A stretch of 64,000 nt of DNA from Rebecca billardiae RCC1528 (GCA_965240325.2 OZ251248.1:248001-312000), one strand, 5' to 3'. Positions 12,717-24,890 are shown, counted from the stretch's first letter. Numbers and translations are program-made. The notes: generated by a model not told the origin, from the sequence alone.

Positions 12717-12934
12717 CGCGCGCGCCCGTGCACAGTATGGCCTCACGCGCCACCGGCCTCACGCGCCCATATTCTCATTCCCACGGCTGCCCAGGCCAAA
12801 CCGAAAGGCCATCGCGCGCCCCCATGCTGGTCAGAATTGAGAATGCGCACGGGGCAAGCCGGGCGTGAGTTTTTCGGCGCTGCGCGGCGCGGCCTCTCGA
12901 TCGTGACCGATCGATCAGTGGCGGAGCGCGGTCC

Positions 12935-14372
12935 ATGGGCGCGCCCGCCGGCGGTCTGCTGCGTGTGCTAGGCTCGCACCTCGGCGCGAGCGCGTTCGCG
13001 GTGCTGATGATCGGCGTGCTGATCAACCGCGTCAAGGCGCAGCGCGTGCTGCCCCGCGCGTACCGCGCCGAGCCCATGCCGACCGTCCAGCTCAGCTCCG
13101 GCCACAAGATGCCGCAGCTCGGGCTGGGCACGTGGAAGTCGGCAAAGGGCGAGGTGGCCGCGGCGGTGCGGCACGCGATCTCGGTGGGGTACCGGCACAT
13201 CGACTGCGCAGCAGTGTACGCCAACGAGCACGAGGTCGGCCACGCGCTCCACGAGGCGCTCTCCTCCGGCGCCGTGCGCCGCGAGGAGTTGTTCGTCACA
13301 AGCAAGCTGTGGAATTCAATGCACGCGCCGAGCGACGTGCCCAAGGCGCTGAAGAAGACGCTGCGCGACCTGAGGCTGGAGTACCTCGACCTATACCTGA
13401 TCCACTGTGCGCCGCCGCGCCGCGCGCGCGCGCGAGCGGTCGGCCCACCCCGAGGCGCCGCGCTCCGAGCCGCACTCCCGCCCTTAACCATCGGTCACGC
13501 GAACGCCCGCGCGCGCCCGCGCGCACAGGGCCCGTCACGGGCAAGGCGGGGAACAAGCTCACGCCCTCGATCGCCGAGACGTGGGCCGCGATGGAGGCCC
13601 TCGTGCGCCAGGGCACGGTCCGCTCGATCGGCGTCTCCAACTTCTCGGAGCGCAAGCTGCGCGAGCTGCTCCAGACTGCTGTGATCAAGCCGGCGGTCAA
13701 CCAGGTCGAGCTGCACCCGCTCTGGCGGCAGGTGAGTGTGTGTGCGCGCGCGTGTGCGTGTGTGTGTGTGCGGCCGTGGGCGCGTGCGGCCGCGTGTGCA
13801 AGGGAGGTGGGCGGGCGAGCCGGCGCGCGCGGCTGGGAGGGAGAGGGCGCGCGGCGCGCGGGCGTCAGGCGCGGCCCGCCGGGCGCTGTGTGTGCCCGCC
13901 GCGCCGCCGCCTGCTGCTGCACATCGGCCCGACCCAACGCCGCCGCGCGGCCCGCGCGCCGTCCTGCGCGCCGCCGCCCCTCCAGGACGGCCTGCTCGCC
14001 GCGTGCACCTCGATGGGCGTGCGCATGACCGCGTACAGCCCTCTCGGATCCCCGGACTCTGCGCACATCTTTAAGCACGACGGCGCGAAGCTGCTGCAGC
14101 ACCCGACCGTGCAGGCGGTCGCCGAGCGCCGCGGCCGGAGCGCGGGGCAGGTGCTCATCCGCTGGGCGCTGCAGCGCGGCACCGTCGTCATCCCCAAGTC
14201 CGTGCACGCGAGGCGCATCGAGCAGAACCTCGACGTTCTCTCGTGGTCCCTCTCGGAGGAAGACATGGCGCAGCTCTCCAGCCTTGAGCCGCAGCACCGC
14301 ATGATTGCGGGGCACATGTGGCTCTCGCCTAAGGGGCCGTACCGCACGATGGCTGACCTGTGGGACGAGTGA
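12935..14372 (+). CDS. Aldo-keto reductase, 3 exons (12935-13406, 13529-13731, 13986-14372)
   Basis: Motifs [36 protein letters not shown]|[24 protein letters not shown] and VIPKSV. The GT-AG introns restore the frame. An alternative start lies near 13076. Confidence 0.95.
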
Positions 14373-14946
14373 GCGCGGCGATCAGCGAGCCGTGACGTGA
14401 CGCTGCGCGGGTCTCGGAGTCGGCCAGCCCTGCTAGTAGAACTAGTAGCTCAGAAACGCGGCGGTTATTATTATATATAATATAGTATAATATTATATAT
14501 ATATCGATATATAACTGACGCGCAGAAGATCGTGGTTATAAATAAAATAAAATATGCCGGCCCGCGCAGCGGGGTCCGACTCTGCTAGCTGACAAGGCGC
14601 GTCTTGCTCAGATCATCATTATTACATCGTCCGAGTGATGGCTCGTCAGCTAGGCGCGCAACCTGGCGTCGACGACCTAACGTAAACTCCGGTCGCGAGC
14701 GCGAGCAGGCTGCTGCGCGCGGCAGTAGCCGCGGCTGTCAGTGTCGCCAGCCCGGGCCGGCCCGCGTGGCGGGGCACCTCGTGCAGATGATGATGAGGCG
14801 GTCGTGGTAAACGTAGGCTCCGCCGACGGCAGCGGTCGGCGGTCGTCAGCTGCACTGCCCCTGCCGCCGAGCACTCGCCTGAACGTCTTCGCCCGAGCTG
14901 TGCGCGTTGCTCTTGGATACTTGAAACCGTTGTCGGCGCGTGTTGA

Positions 14947-16306
14947 TCACAGCCACCGTTTGATCTTCCGCACGATCTTCCGGACAATGTGTCGAACCGT
15001 CGGGCGCAGGAAATCGGAATAGAGCCCATCCCAGCCGCAGAAGCAAGGCAGAGGTCCGCCAAACAACGGGCTGTGGTAGCTGCAGTCATCCGAGCACGGC
15101 GTCGGCGTCGGCGTCGGCGATGGGACCGGCGTCGGCGTCGGCGAGGGGACTGGCGTCGGCGTCGGCGAGGGGACCGGCGTCGGCGTCGGCGAGGGGACCG
15201 GCGTCGGCGTCGGCGAGGGGACCGGCGTCGGCGTCGGCGATGGGACCGGCGTCGGCGTCGGCGATGGGACCGGCGTCGGCGTCGGCGATGGGACCGGCGT
15301 CGGTGTAGGCGATGGGACCGGCGTTGGAGTCGGTGAGGGCTCGGGGGTCGGCGATGGGGTCGTCGCAAAGATAGAGCGCTGGTTCGGGTAGAGCAGGTCT
15401 AGGCCCATGTCGTAGCTCCTGATCGTATCGCCCTCGCTCATAGAAAAGTAGATCTTGTCCTGAACACCGTTCGCGGCAAAGATCATGTCCGCACCTGGAT
15501 CGACGCGCGTGATCAGCACGGCGCGTGGCCGCGTGAGTGAGTGAGGCGGCGCGCAGCATCAGTGTTGGCGCGCAGGGGCGTCGCGCTTGAATATCCGCAC
15601 CTGGACCGCCGTCGATGATGTCGCCGCCCGTCGGAGTGGCGGAACCCCCGAATTCATAGTTGAAAATATAGTCGTCGCCAGGTCCCCCGAGCAGAATGTC
15701 AGAGCCAAACTGGTCCTCAATAAAGTCGTCTCCGCCCTGGCCCCGAATCACGTCGTCGCCGGGACCACCATTCAGGGGGAAACCTTCGGTACCGTCATCC
15801 CCGTCGCCGGCGTTGAGGGTGTCGTTGCCGGCCGAGCCCAGCAGCAAGTCGCTGCCATCGCCACCCTCCAGAAGATCGTTGCCGGCGCCGCCAGTGAGCC
15901 AATCACTACCGCCGTAGCCGAGGAGGTGGTCGTTGCCGGCATCGCCGTACAGCGTGTCCGCATTCGCGTGGCCGTAGATGATGTCGTCGCCATCCAAACC
16001 GTGCGTCAGGATGTAGTCTGTGGAGCCATCAGGCACGTTAGGCGCGAAGATCACGTCGTCGTCGTCAGTGCCCGTGCAATTCTCCGCACCGTTGGCAACT
16101 TGCTCGGTGCAGTTGACGTACGCAAGCTTGCGGCGCGGTGACTCGTCTTCCTCGAGCAGGGCGACGAGGTGAGCGGCGCCGGGGCTCGTCGGTGAGTTAG
16201 GCGCACCGACACGACGATCGTCACCGGCGGGATCCAGCGGCGATGATGCGGCCGCCGCGAGCGTGCCGAGGAGGAGGGCTCCGAGAGCGGCAGTGCCGCG
16301 CACCAT
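14947..16306 (-). CDS. Secreted protein with RTX/hemolysin-type GGxGxD Ca-binding repeats and Pro/Thr stalk, 2 exons
   Basis: Signal-like [19 protein letters not shown], then repeats such as [36 protein letters not shown]. An in-frame intron lies at 15495-15600. It is followed by (PSPTPTPV)n and a Cys-containing tail. Confidence 0.8.
15098..15358. repeat. 24-bp coding tandem repeat, about 11 units (PTPTPVPS)
   Basis: GGCGTCGGCGTCGGCGA(T/G)GGGACC repeated. Confidence 0.9.
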
Positions 16307-17741
16307 CTCGTCGGGGGCGGGTGGAGGGGGCACGCACAGCGGCTCGTGCGACTTCTGATGGTTGAATTATCCAACGCTGAACAGGCGCGGACTACCCGCA
16401 CGCGCCAGAGTAACGGATCTGGCTGATGAGAACGATGCTGCTGATTATTGGCGTTGTTCCGACACCAATCGAGGGGGTTGAAAAGGTTACCCCGCGTAAG
16501 CACTGTACCCTCATCCAAGCGTGCCTCATCATCACATTTGTGGTACAGTACTGGTATGCATGTTCCCGCGGTTATCCCCTGATGATATTGACGACGCGCG
16601 CGACTGCGTAAAGCGAAACGGCAGCCGCGCCGGCCCATCATCGTTTATGTCGCAAACTTCTCATTATTATTATATGACCGCGGAGCCTGGTGAGTGAATG
16701 ATGGCTTCGTGTGAAACAAAGCCTTATACAATATGTACCTGCCAAGAAGTACTGCCCCCAGTCCCCCACTTGAGGGCGCGTCAATGTCGTATCGTATCAA
16801 TAACATTGTCACTGATTACGACCGTGTGTATTCCGTTACGGCAGGTTGCCGCTTCAATACGCGACGCCGACGATGAACTGGATGAACGTCGTACTAAGTA
16901 TGGGGGTACTGTACGAAAATGATGGTGCGCGCTCGGCGGGCAGGTGGACGCGGCGAGAGGGTGCGCGATCGCTGAGAGGCATCTTCGTATAAGGCGTATA
17001 AGCACCTTCGTGGGCCAGGCCCATAGCTCCATCGCCGCCGCTCTTCCCGGTTGGCCGCTTCTGTCTCTGAACAGTGAACTGCCTTCTCGCGCGCCACGGT
17101 CAGACGGCGTCCAAACGGAGCGCCAAACGAGTGCGAGTCGGTTTACGAACATGCCCCCGCCCCCGAAGCACAACGTTTTGAGCTGGGGTGCTAAGCAGTA
17201 AGCCGCCTCTGAGCAGGCGCTCGTGTCGCTGTGGCGTGGCAAGGGGGTTCGTGTGCGGTCCACGTCAGGCGGGGTGATGGGAGCCGCACCCACCGGCCGA
17301 CTCTCAACTCTCAAGCTGCCAGCCGCCCAGCCAGTGCCCGTAGTAATAGTGCTCGGACGTCGCACTCCGTCTCCGAGCTTGCTTGATGAGATCCATCATG
17401 TGGGCTTCCTGTGTGACGTTGGCAATGAGGAGGATGCAATTGCGCAGCGCGGGGTGCGCACGGCGCGCATGCGGTCGACGACGCCGATTCAGACGATGAA
17501 ACATGACCGCCACGACTCCTGCCGAGCTCCTGGCTGACTTGCACTTGCCAATCACGCCGAGCATGAGTGCTGTCTAAGCAAGGAGCCTGCGAGCCGCCAA
17601 GCGCGTTGTCACTTGCGACTGGCAGGTGAGTGATGAGTTCAGCGCGATGAGGCAGGTGAACGCGCGCAGACCAATGCGTGCAGTACGTACACCGCCTACA
17701 ACCATCTCGGCTGACCGCCAACATCAACAATAACATGCTTG

Positions 17742-18189
17742 AAGCAGCTGCCAGGCGTGCATGGTCGGGGTGTCACTCGGGCACCGGTGGCCAGCCTAGC
17801 CGCACCACTGCAGCTTGCTTGCGCCTGCTCGGCGCGCCGCCACGTGATTCCATCGGTGCACAGCTGGCCATGGACCTTCCGTCCAGTGAGCTGGTTGATG
17901 CGCCGTCGCGCTGCCCTCGGACCAAAACAGCCAGGCAGCGGCGAAGCCAGTCAGCGCTGGTTGGCTGGCGCAGCACATTTGCCATTCCCCTGACAGCACT
18001 AGTCATGCTGGGCTGCACCGCCAGCACCCAGTGCCAGTGGTGCAGCCCAGCCGCTGTGCACCGATGGAATCACCTGGCGGCGCGCCCGGAGCCAGGCGCG
18101 AGCAAGCTGCAGTGGTGCGGCTAGGCTGGCCACCGGTGCGTCCGGTGCCCGCGTGACACCCCGACCATGCAAGCCTGGCCGAGCTGCTT
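17742..18189. mobile_element. Long inverted repeat / MITE-like element (~125-bp arms)
   Basis: 17742-17868 pairs with 18050-18189 (for example GGTGGCCAGCCTAGCCGCACCACTGCAGCTTGCT vs AGCAAGCTGCAGTGGTGCGGCTAGGCTGGCCACC). No clear TSD. Followed by poly-G at 18201-18226. Confidence 0.65.
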
Positions 18190-18485
18190 TACCGAATGGC
18201 GGGGGGGGGGGGGGGGGGGGGGGGGGCGGTTGTCACAGTCAAGACGACGCGGTATTTTGCGTCGTATTACAAGCCCCTTGGTCAGTAACAGTCGTCAGAC
18301 GAACCACGACCACATCCACGTACCGAGAAGTCTGCGAGAACCATCACAACTATGATAACGGTCCCTGTCCGCCATACGCATACATACAGCGGCCGGTCGG
18401 ATGTACCGCCTCACTGTTACCGTAAGTGTGCACGTTACTAGCATACCGTTTACTGTTCGACAGTACAAACTGTACGGGCACGGTA

Positions 18486-18742
18486 CAGTTTACTAACTAA
18501 GAATAAGTGACGCACACAGCCTCAGGCAGGCGAGATCGACGCCCGCCAACTGTCACCGCCCATGAAGCCGTCGCCGATGGAGGCCGCTCGAGCGACTTCG
18601 TGTCAGGCGAGGCAGATGGCGCCAGTGCGAGGCGAGGCAGACGCTCGCCTGCCTCGCCTCGCACTGGCGCCATCTGCCTCGCCTGACACGAAGTCGCTCG
18701 AGTGGCCTCCGATGGCTGCGCCGCCGGGAAATTCGTTCAGCC
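18486..18742 (+). repeat. Solo TA-CAGTTTACT transposon end, interrupted by foldback element
   Basis: Homologous to 45782-45900 and to 24891-25065. Confidence 0.75.
18579..18710. mobile_element. 132-bp foldback element (62-bp arms, 8-nt loop), TSD GAT
   Basis: Arms 18579-18640 and 18649-18710 match at 61/62. GAT flanks both sides. The empty site is visible in the repeat copy at 45853-45880. Confidence 0.9.
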
Positions 18743-18809
18743 AATGGGGTATGTACCCCCATACGGCTCAGTTACCCCCGTACATCGGCTGGCCGCCCGC
18801 CGCACCACG

Positions 18810-20249
18810 ATGCCGGCCGCCCACGCGCCGCTGCTCATCTCCCTCGCGCTTGGCCTCGCGGGGCAGCGCGTCCGCCCGGGCGAGCGCGGCGCTCTCCGGC
18901 GCGCGGCGGCGCCCTTCGACGCGGCTGCTGCTTCGCCGCTCGCACGCCCTGGTGGCGCCGCCCGTGCGGACGTCTCGCTCTCGGCAGCGCCGACGACGCC
19001 GGTGGCCGCGCCTGCCACGCCGTTCGCGCGCTCGGACGAGCCGCTCGGCGACAGCCCGATCTTACTCAACCCGCTGTGGTTCTCGGTGTGGGGCCTCACA
19101 CCGCCCGGCCCCGCTCCGGCGCCGTCGGCCAGGTCGGGCAAGGGCAAGGCCAAGGGCGGCAAGGCCAAGGGCGGCAAGGCCAAGGCGGGCGGGTTTGGCG
19201 TGGCTGCAGCCGCGACGGCGGCGGCGGACGAGCCCTCATACTGCGAGCTGCCGCCGCCGGGCTACCTCTCGGTCGTCCGAGCCGACGCAGGCGCCGCGGA
19301 GGCCGCGGCGGCTGACGACGCGCGACTCGCGGCGCTCGGCGAGGCCGCGCGAGAGACGATCGACGCGCTACTCCCGGAGACAGGCGCCGTGCTGCTCCGC
19401 GGGCTGCCGATGCGCTCCGCCGAGGCGTTCGGCACGTTCTGGCGCGCGTGCCTCGCCAAGGCGCCGCCGCTTGAGGAGGGCACGTACTCGTCGCTCGGCC
19501 CCTCCGCCGGCCGTGCCAAGCTCGCAGGCATCGACACCGCGACCAACGTGCCTCCTGAGTTCCTACTGCTGTGCCACAACGAGCTCTGCTACAACCCGAC
19601 GACTGTCGAGCGCATCGCGCTCTACTGCGTGCAGGAGGCGGCGCTGTGCGGGCACTCGCTCGTCGCGCGCAACGCCGACCTCGCGCACAGCCACTCGCCC
19701 GCGGTCCGGGAGTTCGTGCGCGCGCACGGCGGGCTGCTGTATGAGCGCCGCTACTTCGATGCGGCCGCCAAGGCGCGCGGCGGCGCGAGCGCCGGCGGCG
19801 CCGGTGGCGCGCAGGGCTCCTGGCAGGAGAAGTGCTCGCTCCCCGCCGACGCGACGCGCGCTGACGCCGAGGCCTTCTTCGCGCGGATGGGCTTCACGCC
19901 CGAGCAGCTCAGCTGGGACGAGGACGGCGGGCTGGTCGTAAGTAACGTGCACCCGGGCTACGTGCGCGACCCTGCATCGGGCGAGGAGATGTGGTGGAAC
20001 ATCGCGCACACCGGCTCGATCAAGGCGGCGGACGGCACGCCCTTCCCGAAGAAGCTCGTGGCGGAGATCCAGCGCACCGGCTGGGAGCACACGTACGCCT
20101 TCAAGCTGCTCGCTGGCGACTGGCTCGTGCTCGACAACATCCGCATGCAGCACGGCCGGTTGCCGTACATGCAGGAGCCAGAGCGTCCGCGCACGCTGCT
20201 CACCGTGTACAGCACGCCCATGCCGTCGAGTGCTGCTGAGGAGTGCTAA
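18810..20249 (+). CDS. TauD/TfdA (clavaminate-synthase-like) Fe(II)/2-oxoglutarate dioxygenase, probably organelle-targeted
   Basis: Motifs GAVLLRGLP, CHNELCY (HxE) and GDWLVLDNIRMQHGRLPY. The N-terminus has a signal-like segment followed by an Ala/Arg-rich transit-like segment. Confidence 0.85.
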   Translation: MPAAHAPLLISLALGLAGQRVRPGERGALRRAAAPFDAAAASPLARPGGAARADVSLSAAPTTPVAAPATPFARSDEPLGDSPILLNPLWFSVWGLTPPGPAPAPSARSGKGKAKGGKAKGGKAKAGGFGVAAAATAAADEPSYCELPPPGYLSVVRADAGAAEAAAADDARLAALGEAARETIDALLPETGAVLLRGLPMRSAEAFGTFWRACLAKAPPLEEGTYSSLGPSAGRAKLAGIDTATNVPPEFLLLCHNELCYNPTTVERIALYCVQEAALCGHSLVARNADLAHSHSPAVREFVRAHGGLLYERRYFDAAAKARGGASAGGAGGAQGSWQEKCSLPADATRADAEAFFARMGFTPEQLSWDEDGGLVVSNVHPGYVRDPASGEEMWWNIAHTGSIKAADGTPFPKKLVAEIQRTGWEHTYAFKLLAGDWLVLDNIRMQHGRLPYMQEPERPRTLLTVYSTPMPSSAAEEC

Positions 20250-21195
20250 GGTCACTGAGGAGGCACGCCCGGGCGCCAGACGGCCCGAGAGATTCTGCCG
20301 CCGATGCGGCCGGGTCAAGACGAGAACTCGGTTCCGCAATGAGAACTCCGCGCACTTCAGTTCGGGCCGAAACTCATGAATGACGCGGAACTTCGTCGTA
20401 GTCCGAGTGCTGCATCGCTGCGGCCGCGGACCGGGCGCTGTCAACTCAGTCAAGAGTGTCAAGTGTCTGATGAGAGTCTTAGTCCGAGTCTTATAAATAA
20501 ATATATATATATATATATAAGTTTTATTAAAAGAGTATCAATCTGGCGATGAGTACTCGGATCAGTCGCGCACTCCTCGTCGGTCCCGGTCCGGCGTCAC
20601 CGGCGGACGACGCCGTCCGTCGGAACAACGTACTAGTGAGTGACTGTGAGTACACGTAGTGCTGGCCACGGCAGACCCGAGACCGATAGCAAGAGTAGCA
20701 GCCATGAGCACCGTGACTCAATGAGGCAGCCGAGCGGCGAAGTGCGGCACTAGCCGAGTGGCAGCCGAGCCGCGCCTCCGGAGCCGTGCAGTCCGACTAG
20801 TCACAGCCAGCAACTCAGGCCGGCACGGCCCTGACCATTCGCCATCGTCGCCTCGCTGGAGTCAGCGTCGCCGCTCGGGAGGCGACTCGGGCGGAGCGGA
20901 ATGGCTTCGGATGCATGACAGCATCAGTCGCGGTGCCGGGAGCGGGCTTCAGCACGGTCACAGGAGCGCTCCCGGACCACCCTTGGAACCGCGGTCCCCG
21001 GACCGCCGGCTGCGCGCCACCTGGCGGCTGAGGTGGCACATCGGCAGCGGCAGCCGAGCCACGCGCGAGCCACGCGCGGCCAGCCCTGCGCGCACGAGCG
21101 GAGCGGGCACGGGCGGCGGCGTCTCGAAGCCGCGCCTCCGGGCTTCCTCGCGCGCACATCCGCGCGCGCCTTGCCTCGCGTGAGCGGCGGCAGCC

Positions 21196-23210
21196 ATGCT
21201 GCCATTCACGGCGACAAAGATTGGTCCCGGGGATAAGACCAAGGCGTACGTGGTGCGGCAGAACGTGTGCCTCAAAATCATGCTCTTCTCGTTCGCGGCG
21301 ATGGTCGCGATGCTGATCGTCCTCTCGAGCACGCTCTACGAGGTGCACATCGAGCGGCGCACCAGCGCGCGCAACGCGGGCGTGCACCGGCGCGAGGAGC
21401 ATGCACTCCGGATGCAGGTCGGCCGGCTGGGGATGCGGCTGCAGCAGCACATGAAGGACGACGTGCGCGACATGTCGATCCTGCGCGAGTACCGCGCGCG
21501 CATGTACCGCGCCGTCGGCGAGTACCAGAACGCCGTGCGCCTCGTCGTCGAGGACGCCACCGGCCGCAACGCGACGCTCTCCTCCGAGCTCACGCGGCTC
21601 GAGCTTGAGCTCGACGAGCAGCTCGAGCACTCGATGAAGCAGCTGTGGAGCGACGTGAACGACGAGGGCAGGCGCGCGTCGGACGTGCTGCGGAACCTCA
21701 CCGCCGAGATCCTCGTCGGCTTCAAGCACGACGCGCGCGAGGCGGTACGCGGCGGCGCGCGGCGCAGCGCACGCCGGTGGCCACTGGAGGCTTCCGCCCG
21801 CCTCCTGAGCGGTCGGGCCCTCCGGCCAGCCCAGCCCTCACGCCCCCGCCACCCGCGCGCGCGCGCCCGCGCCGGCGCAGGCGGAGTTCGAGCAGGTGTA
21901 CGGCGAGGGCACCGACTACCACGACGACGCGGAGCACGGGCTGCGGCGCGGCGAGGAGAACGACCCTCTTGACGGCTACGCCGACGGCGACGCGGAGGAC
22001 GACGAGGACGAGGACTACGAGGAGATGCGGATGAAGTTCGCGCTGGAGCGGCTGCACACGCGGCTGCTCGCGATGGTGCGCGCGCGCGCGCGGGCGCGCA
22101 AGCGCGCGCTGCGGGCGGCGGGGTGGCGTGCGGCAGGGTGGGATGGGTCGCTGGCGGCCGCGGCCGCGCCGCGCCGGGCCATCATGCTTGGCTGTGCGCA
22201 AGTAAGTGTGAGTGTGAGTGTGAGTAAGGGGCAGGCGTGCGCGCTGCGGCGGAGCGGCGCACGGGCGCTGACGGTTGCGCGGCGCGCCGCCCGCCCCTGC
22301 CCGCCCGCGCGCTCTCCCCTCCGCGCCATGCCGCGCCGCGCCTCCGTGCGCCCCTCCCGCCCGCTCGCCCCGCCGCGCGCCGCGCGCCCGCTCCGCCCAC
22401 TCGGCCTCCGCCCGCTCCGCCCTCTGCGCCCGCTCCGCCCGCGCAGCCCAACATCACCCTCGACTCAGACGAGCTGCAGGCCTGGGAGGACATGTACTCG
22501 GGCGCGATCGACGGCATGGGCGACGAAAGCAAGGAGGCTGACCTCGAGGCGATGACGGCGAAGCTCTCGCTCAAGCTCGAGGCCCACGGTATTCTCAAGG
22601 TACCGCGCGCGCGCAGCGTGCCCGCCTTATACCCGCCTTACCCGCCTTACCCGCTCGCTGCCCCGCGCGGCCGTGTGAGGGCCGCACGGCCGCGCGCGCG
22701 CGCACGCTCACGCCGCGCCGCCTGCGCCGCACGCTGCACGCACGCACGCACCGCCTCCGCGTGCGCCTCGCGCGCGCCTCTCCGAGTAGAAGCCGTCGGC
22801 AGGCGGCGGCGAGCGCGAGGGCGCCGACGGCGCCGACGACGACGACGGCGACGAGTACACACCCTCAGTGTTCGATCAGTTCGAAGAAGCGCTGGAGGCG
22901 GCGAAGCTGATGCCGCATAAGCAGGTGTGGCGCGGCGCGGCGCGCGCCGCGCGCGCGCGTGCGCCGGTGCGACGCGCGGTGGAGAGCGCCCCCGCGCCCG
23001 AGCCAGCGCCTCACGCCTTTGGCCGCGCGCGCTCGCCGCCGCGTGGACGGCGCCGCTTCTCCCGCTGCCGCGCGCTCGTAGGATCTCTTTGACAAGTACG
23101 CGCTGTGGGGCCAGGGGGAGCTGAGCACGATGGACCTGGTGCAGCACATCGAGGAGCTGTACGACCAGCGCGTGCTCGACACGGGCCTCTTTGACGACTG
23201 GGATGACTAG
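21196..23210 (+). CDS. Multi-exon hypothetical type II membrane / coiled-coil protein
   Basis: Coding-biased exons at about 21196-21743, 21881-22075, 22446-22599, 2280x-22924 and 23082-23210, separated by GC-rich GT-AG introns. One N-terminal TM segment (IMLFSFAAMVAMLIVL). Ends ..GLFDDWDD*. Confidence 0.65.
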
Positions 23211-23475
23211 GCTCCGCGCGGCCGGTCAGCGCGTTGTCCATAGAGTCGTAGTCTGCGATCGATGCCCCCGTTTGGTCTCGGAACCGACCTCTGACACCGT
23301 GGTCCATGCGCAGGGGCCCAGTCCCAGCAATGCGCCAGCAAAAGCGTGCGCGCAAGACGAAATGAAACCATCAATAAAAAAACGCGCGTTATTCGTTTTT
23401 TTAATCAATAATCAAAAAAGCAATCATGGATTCATGGAATGCCTTCATCTTCCGCCGCCGGGATCGGACATCACG

Positions 23476-24642
23476 ATGGCGCGCCGGGATCGGCGACGCG
23501 GGGGCTGGCTCGTGTTGGCGCGCGCCGCGGCGTGGGCGCTGTGCTCAACGGCGACGGCGGGCGCGGACAAGCCCTTCCGCTTCGCGGAGTGGTCCCTCGC
23601 TGACCCGCTCCTCTCGCCGTCGAAGAACTTCACCGTGCAGATGCCGGAGGACCGGTGCACGCCCGAGTGGGCGGCGTGCCTGATCGACAGCCACAACGTG
23701 CACCCGCTGCTGCACAAGCACTTCCCGCACGCGGCGCAGAACCTGCTGCCCTGCTGGTCCTTCTTCACGCGCTTCCCCCGCCTGCGCCCCGTCGTCGTGC
23801 TGCACGACCGAATCCGCATGCACGCGGGCGACTGGCCGCACGGCCTGCTTGCGCTGATGGGCGCGACCATCGAGTCCTCGCGCACGTGGTACCCGTCCGG
23901 CCGGTGCGCGGTGCGCGGGCGGCTGGTGAATCGGCCGGCGCCCGGGGGGCTCGGCCGCGAGGTGCGCTGGCTCGCGCGCGAGGTCGACGCGCGGCTGCTA
24001 CGCGCGCAGCTGCGGCGCACGCAGCCGGCCGAGAGCGCGCGCTTCAGGCGGGCGGACGACCATTCGCTTCACGTTGGGCTCCTCACGCGCTCCGGCAGCA
24101 GCCGCTCGCTGGCGTACGAGGGCGCGATCGGCGCGCGGCTGCGCACCGAGCTGCCCCGCGCGAACCACTCCGTCGCGCTCTTCAACGGCTGGCCCTTCGC
24201 CCGCCAGGCCGCGTGGGTCGCCGCGCAGGACGTGATTATCAGCCCGCACGGCGCGCAGAATGTGAACTTTGCGTTCGCGCGGCCGTGCGCGGCGGTCGCT
24301 GAGATCTTCCCGCGGTACTACTACGTGCCCTCGTTCTACCTGACGCTCGTGCAGGCCGCCGGCGCGATCCCGTTCGCCGCGTACCCCGGCGCGTTCCCGC
24401 TGCGCGACTCGCGCACCACCGACCGGATCGACACGTTCGACTGGCGGATGCGCGTGCGCAACGTCAAGCTCAACGTGAGCGCGGCCGATGTGGCCGGGGC
24501 GCTGCCCGCGATGCTGCGCGCGCGGCAGCGCTGCCTCAACGCGAGGGCGGCCGCGAAGCGGCGCGGCGGCGGGGACGATGCGGACTACGAGGGCCAGGCG
24601 CGGCAGCCCGCGGCGCTCGCCGCCCGCGCTGTCGTCGTATAG
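23476..24642 (+). CDS. Glycosyltransferase family 61 (DUF563)-like protein
   Basis: QAAWVAAQDVIISPHGAQNVNFAFARP..VAEIFP motif and an N-terminal signal/anchor. Confidence 0.8.
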   Translation: MARRDRRRGGWLVLARAAAWALCSTATAGADKPFRFAEWSLADPLLSPSKNFTVQMPEDRCTPEWAACLIDSHNVHPLLHKHFPHAAQNLLPCWSFFTRFPRLRPVVVLHDRIRMHAGDWPHGLLALMGATIESSRTWYPSGRCAVRGRLVNRPAPGGLGREVRWLAREVDARLLRAQLRRTQPAESARFRRADDHSLHVGLLTRSGSSRSLAYEGAIGARLRTELPRANHSVALFNGWPFARQAAWVAAQDVIISPHGAQNVNFAFARPCAAVAEIFPRYYYVPSFYLTLVQAAGAIPFAAYPGAFPLRDSRTTDRIDTFDWRMRVRNVKLNVSAADVAGALPAMLRARQRCLNARAAAKRRGGGDDADYEGQARQPAALAARAVVV

Positions 24643-24890
24643 CAGCTACTCAGGCCGCAATAAATGCCGCATCACGCGGACCGTGATTCAGATTGGCGTG
24701 ACGCCGGGCCGCGCCAGCGCCTCGCGTCCTAGCGAGTAACTAGCGCTCGCCGGGCGCCGCAGAGGCCGGCTCGGAGCGCGCGTGGACCGGGCGACTGTCA
24801 GACGGCGGCGTCACTCGATTGACGATACGGCATGGGCGCGCCGGCGCGCCGGCGCGGTAGACCGCGCGGGCTACGTACACGCGATACTGT

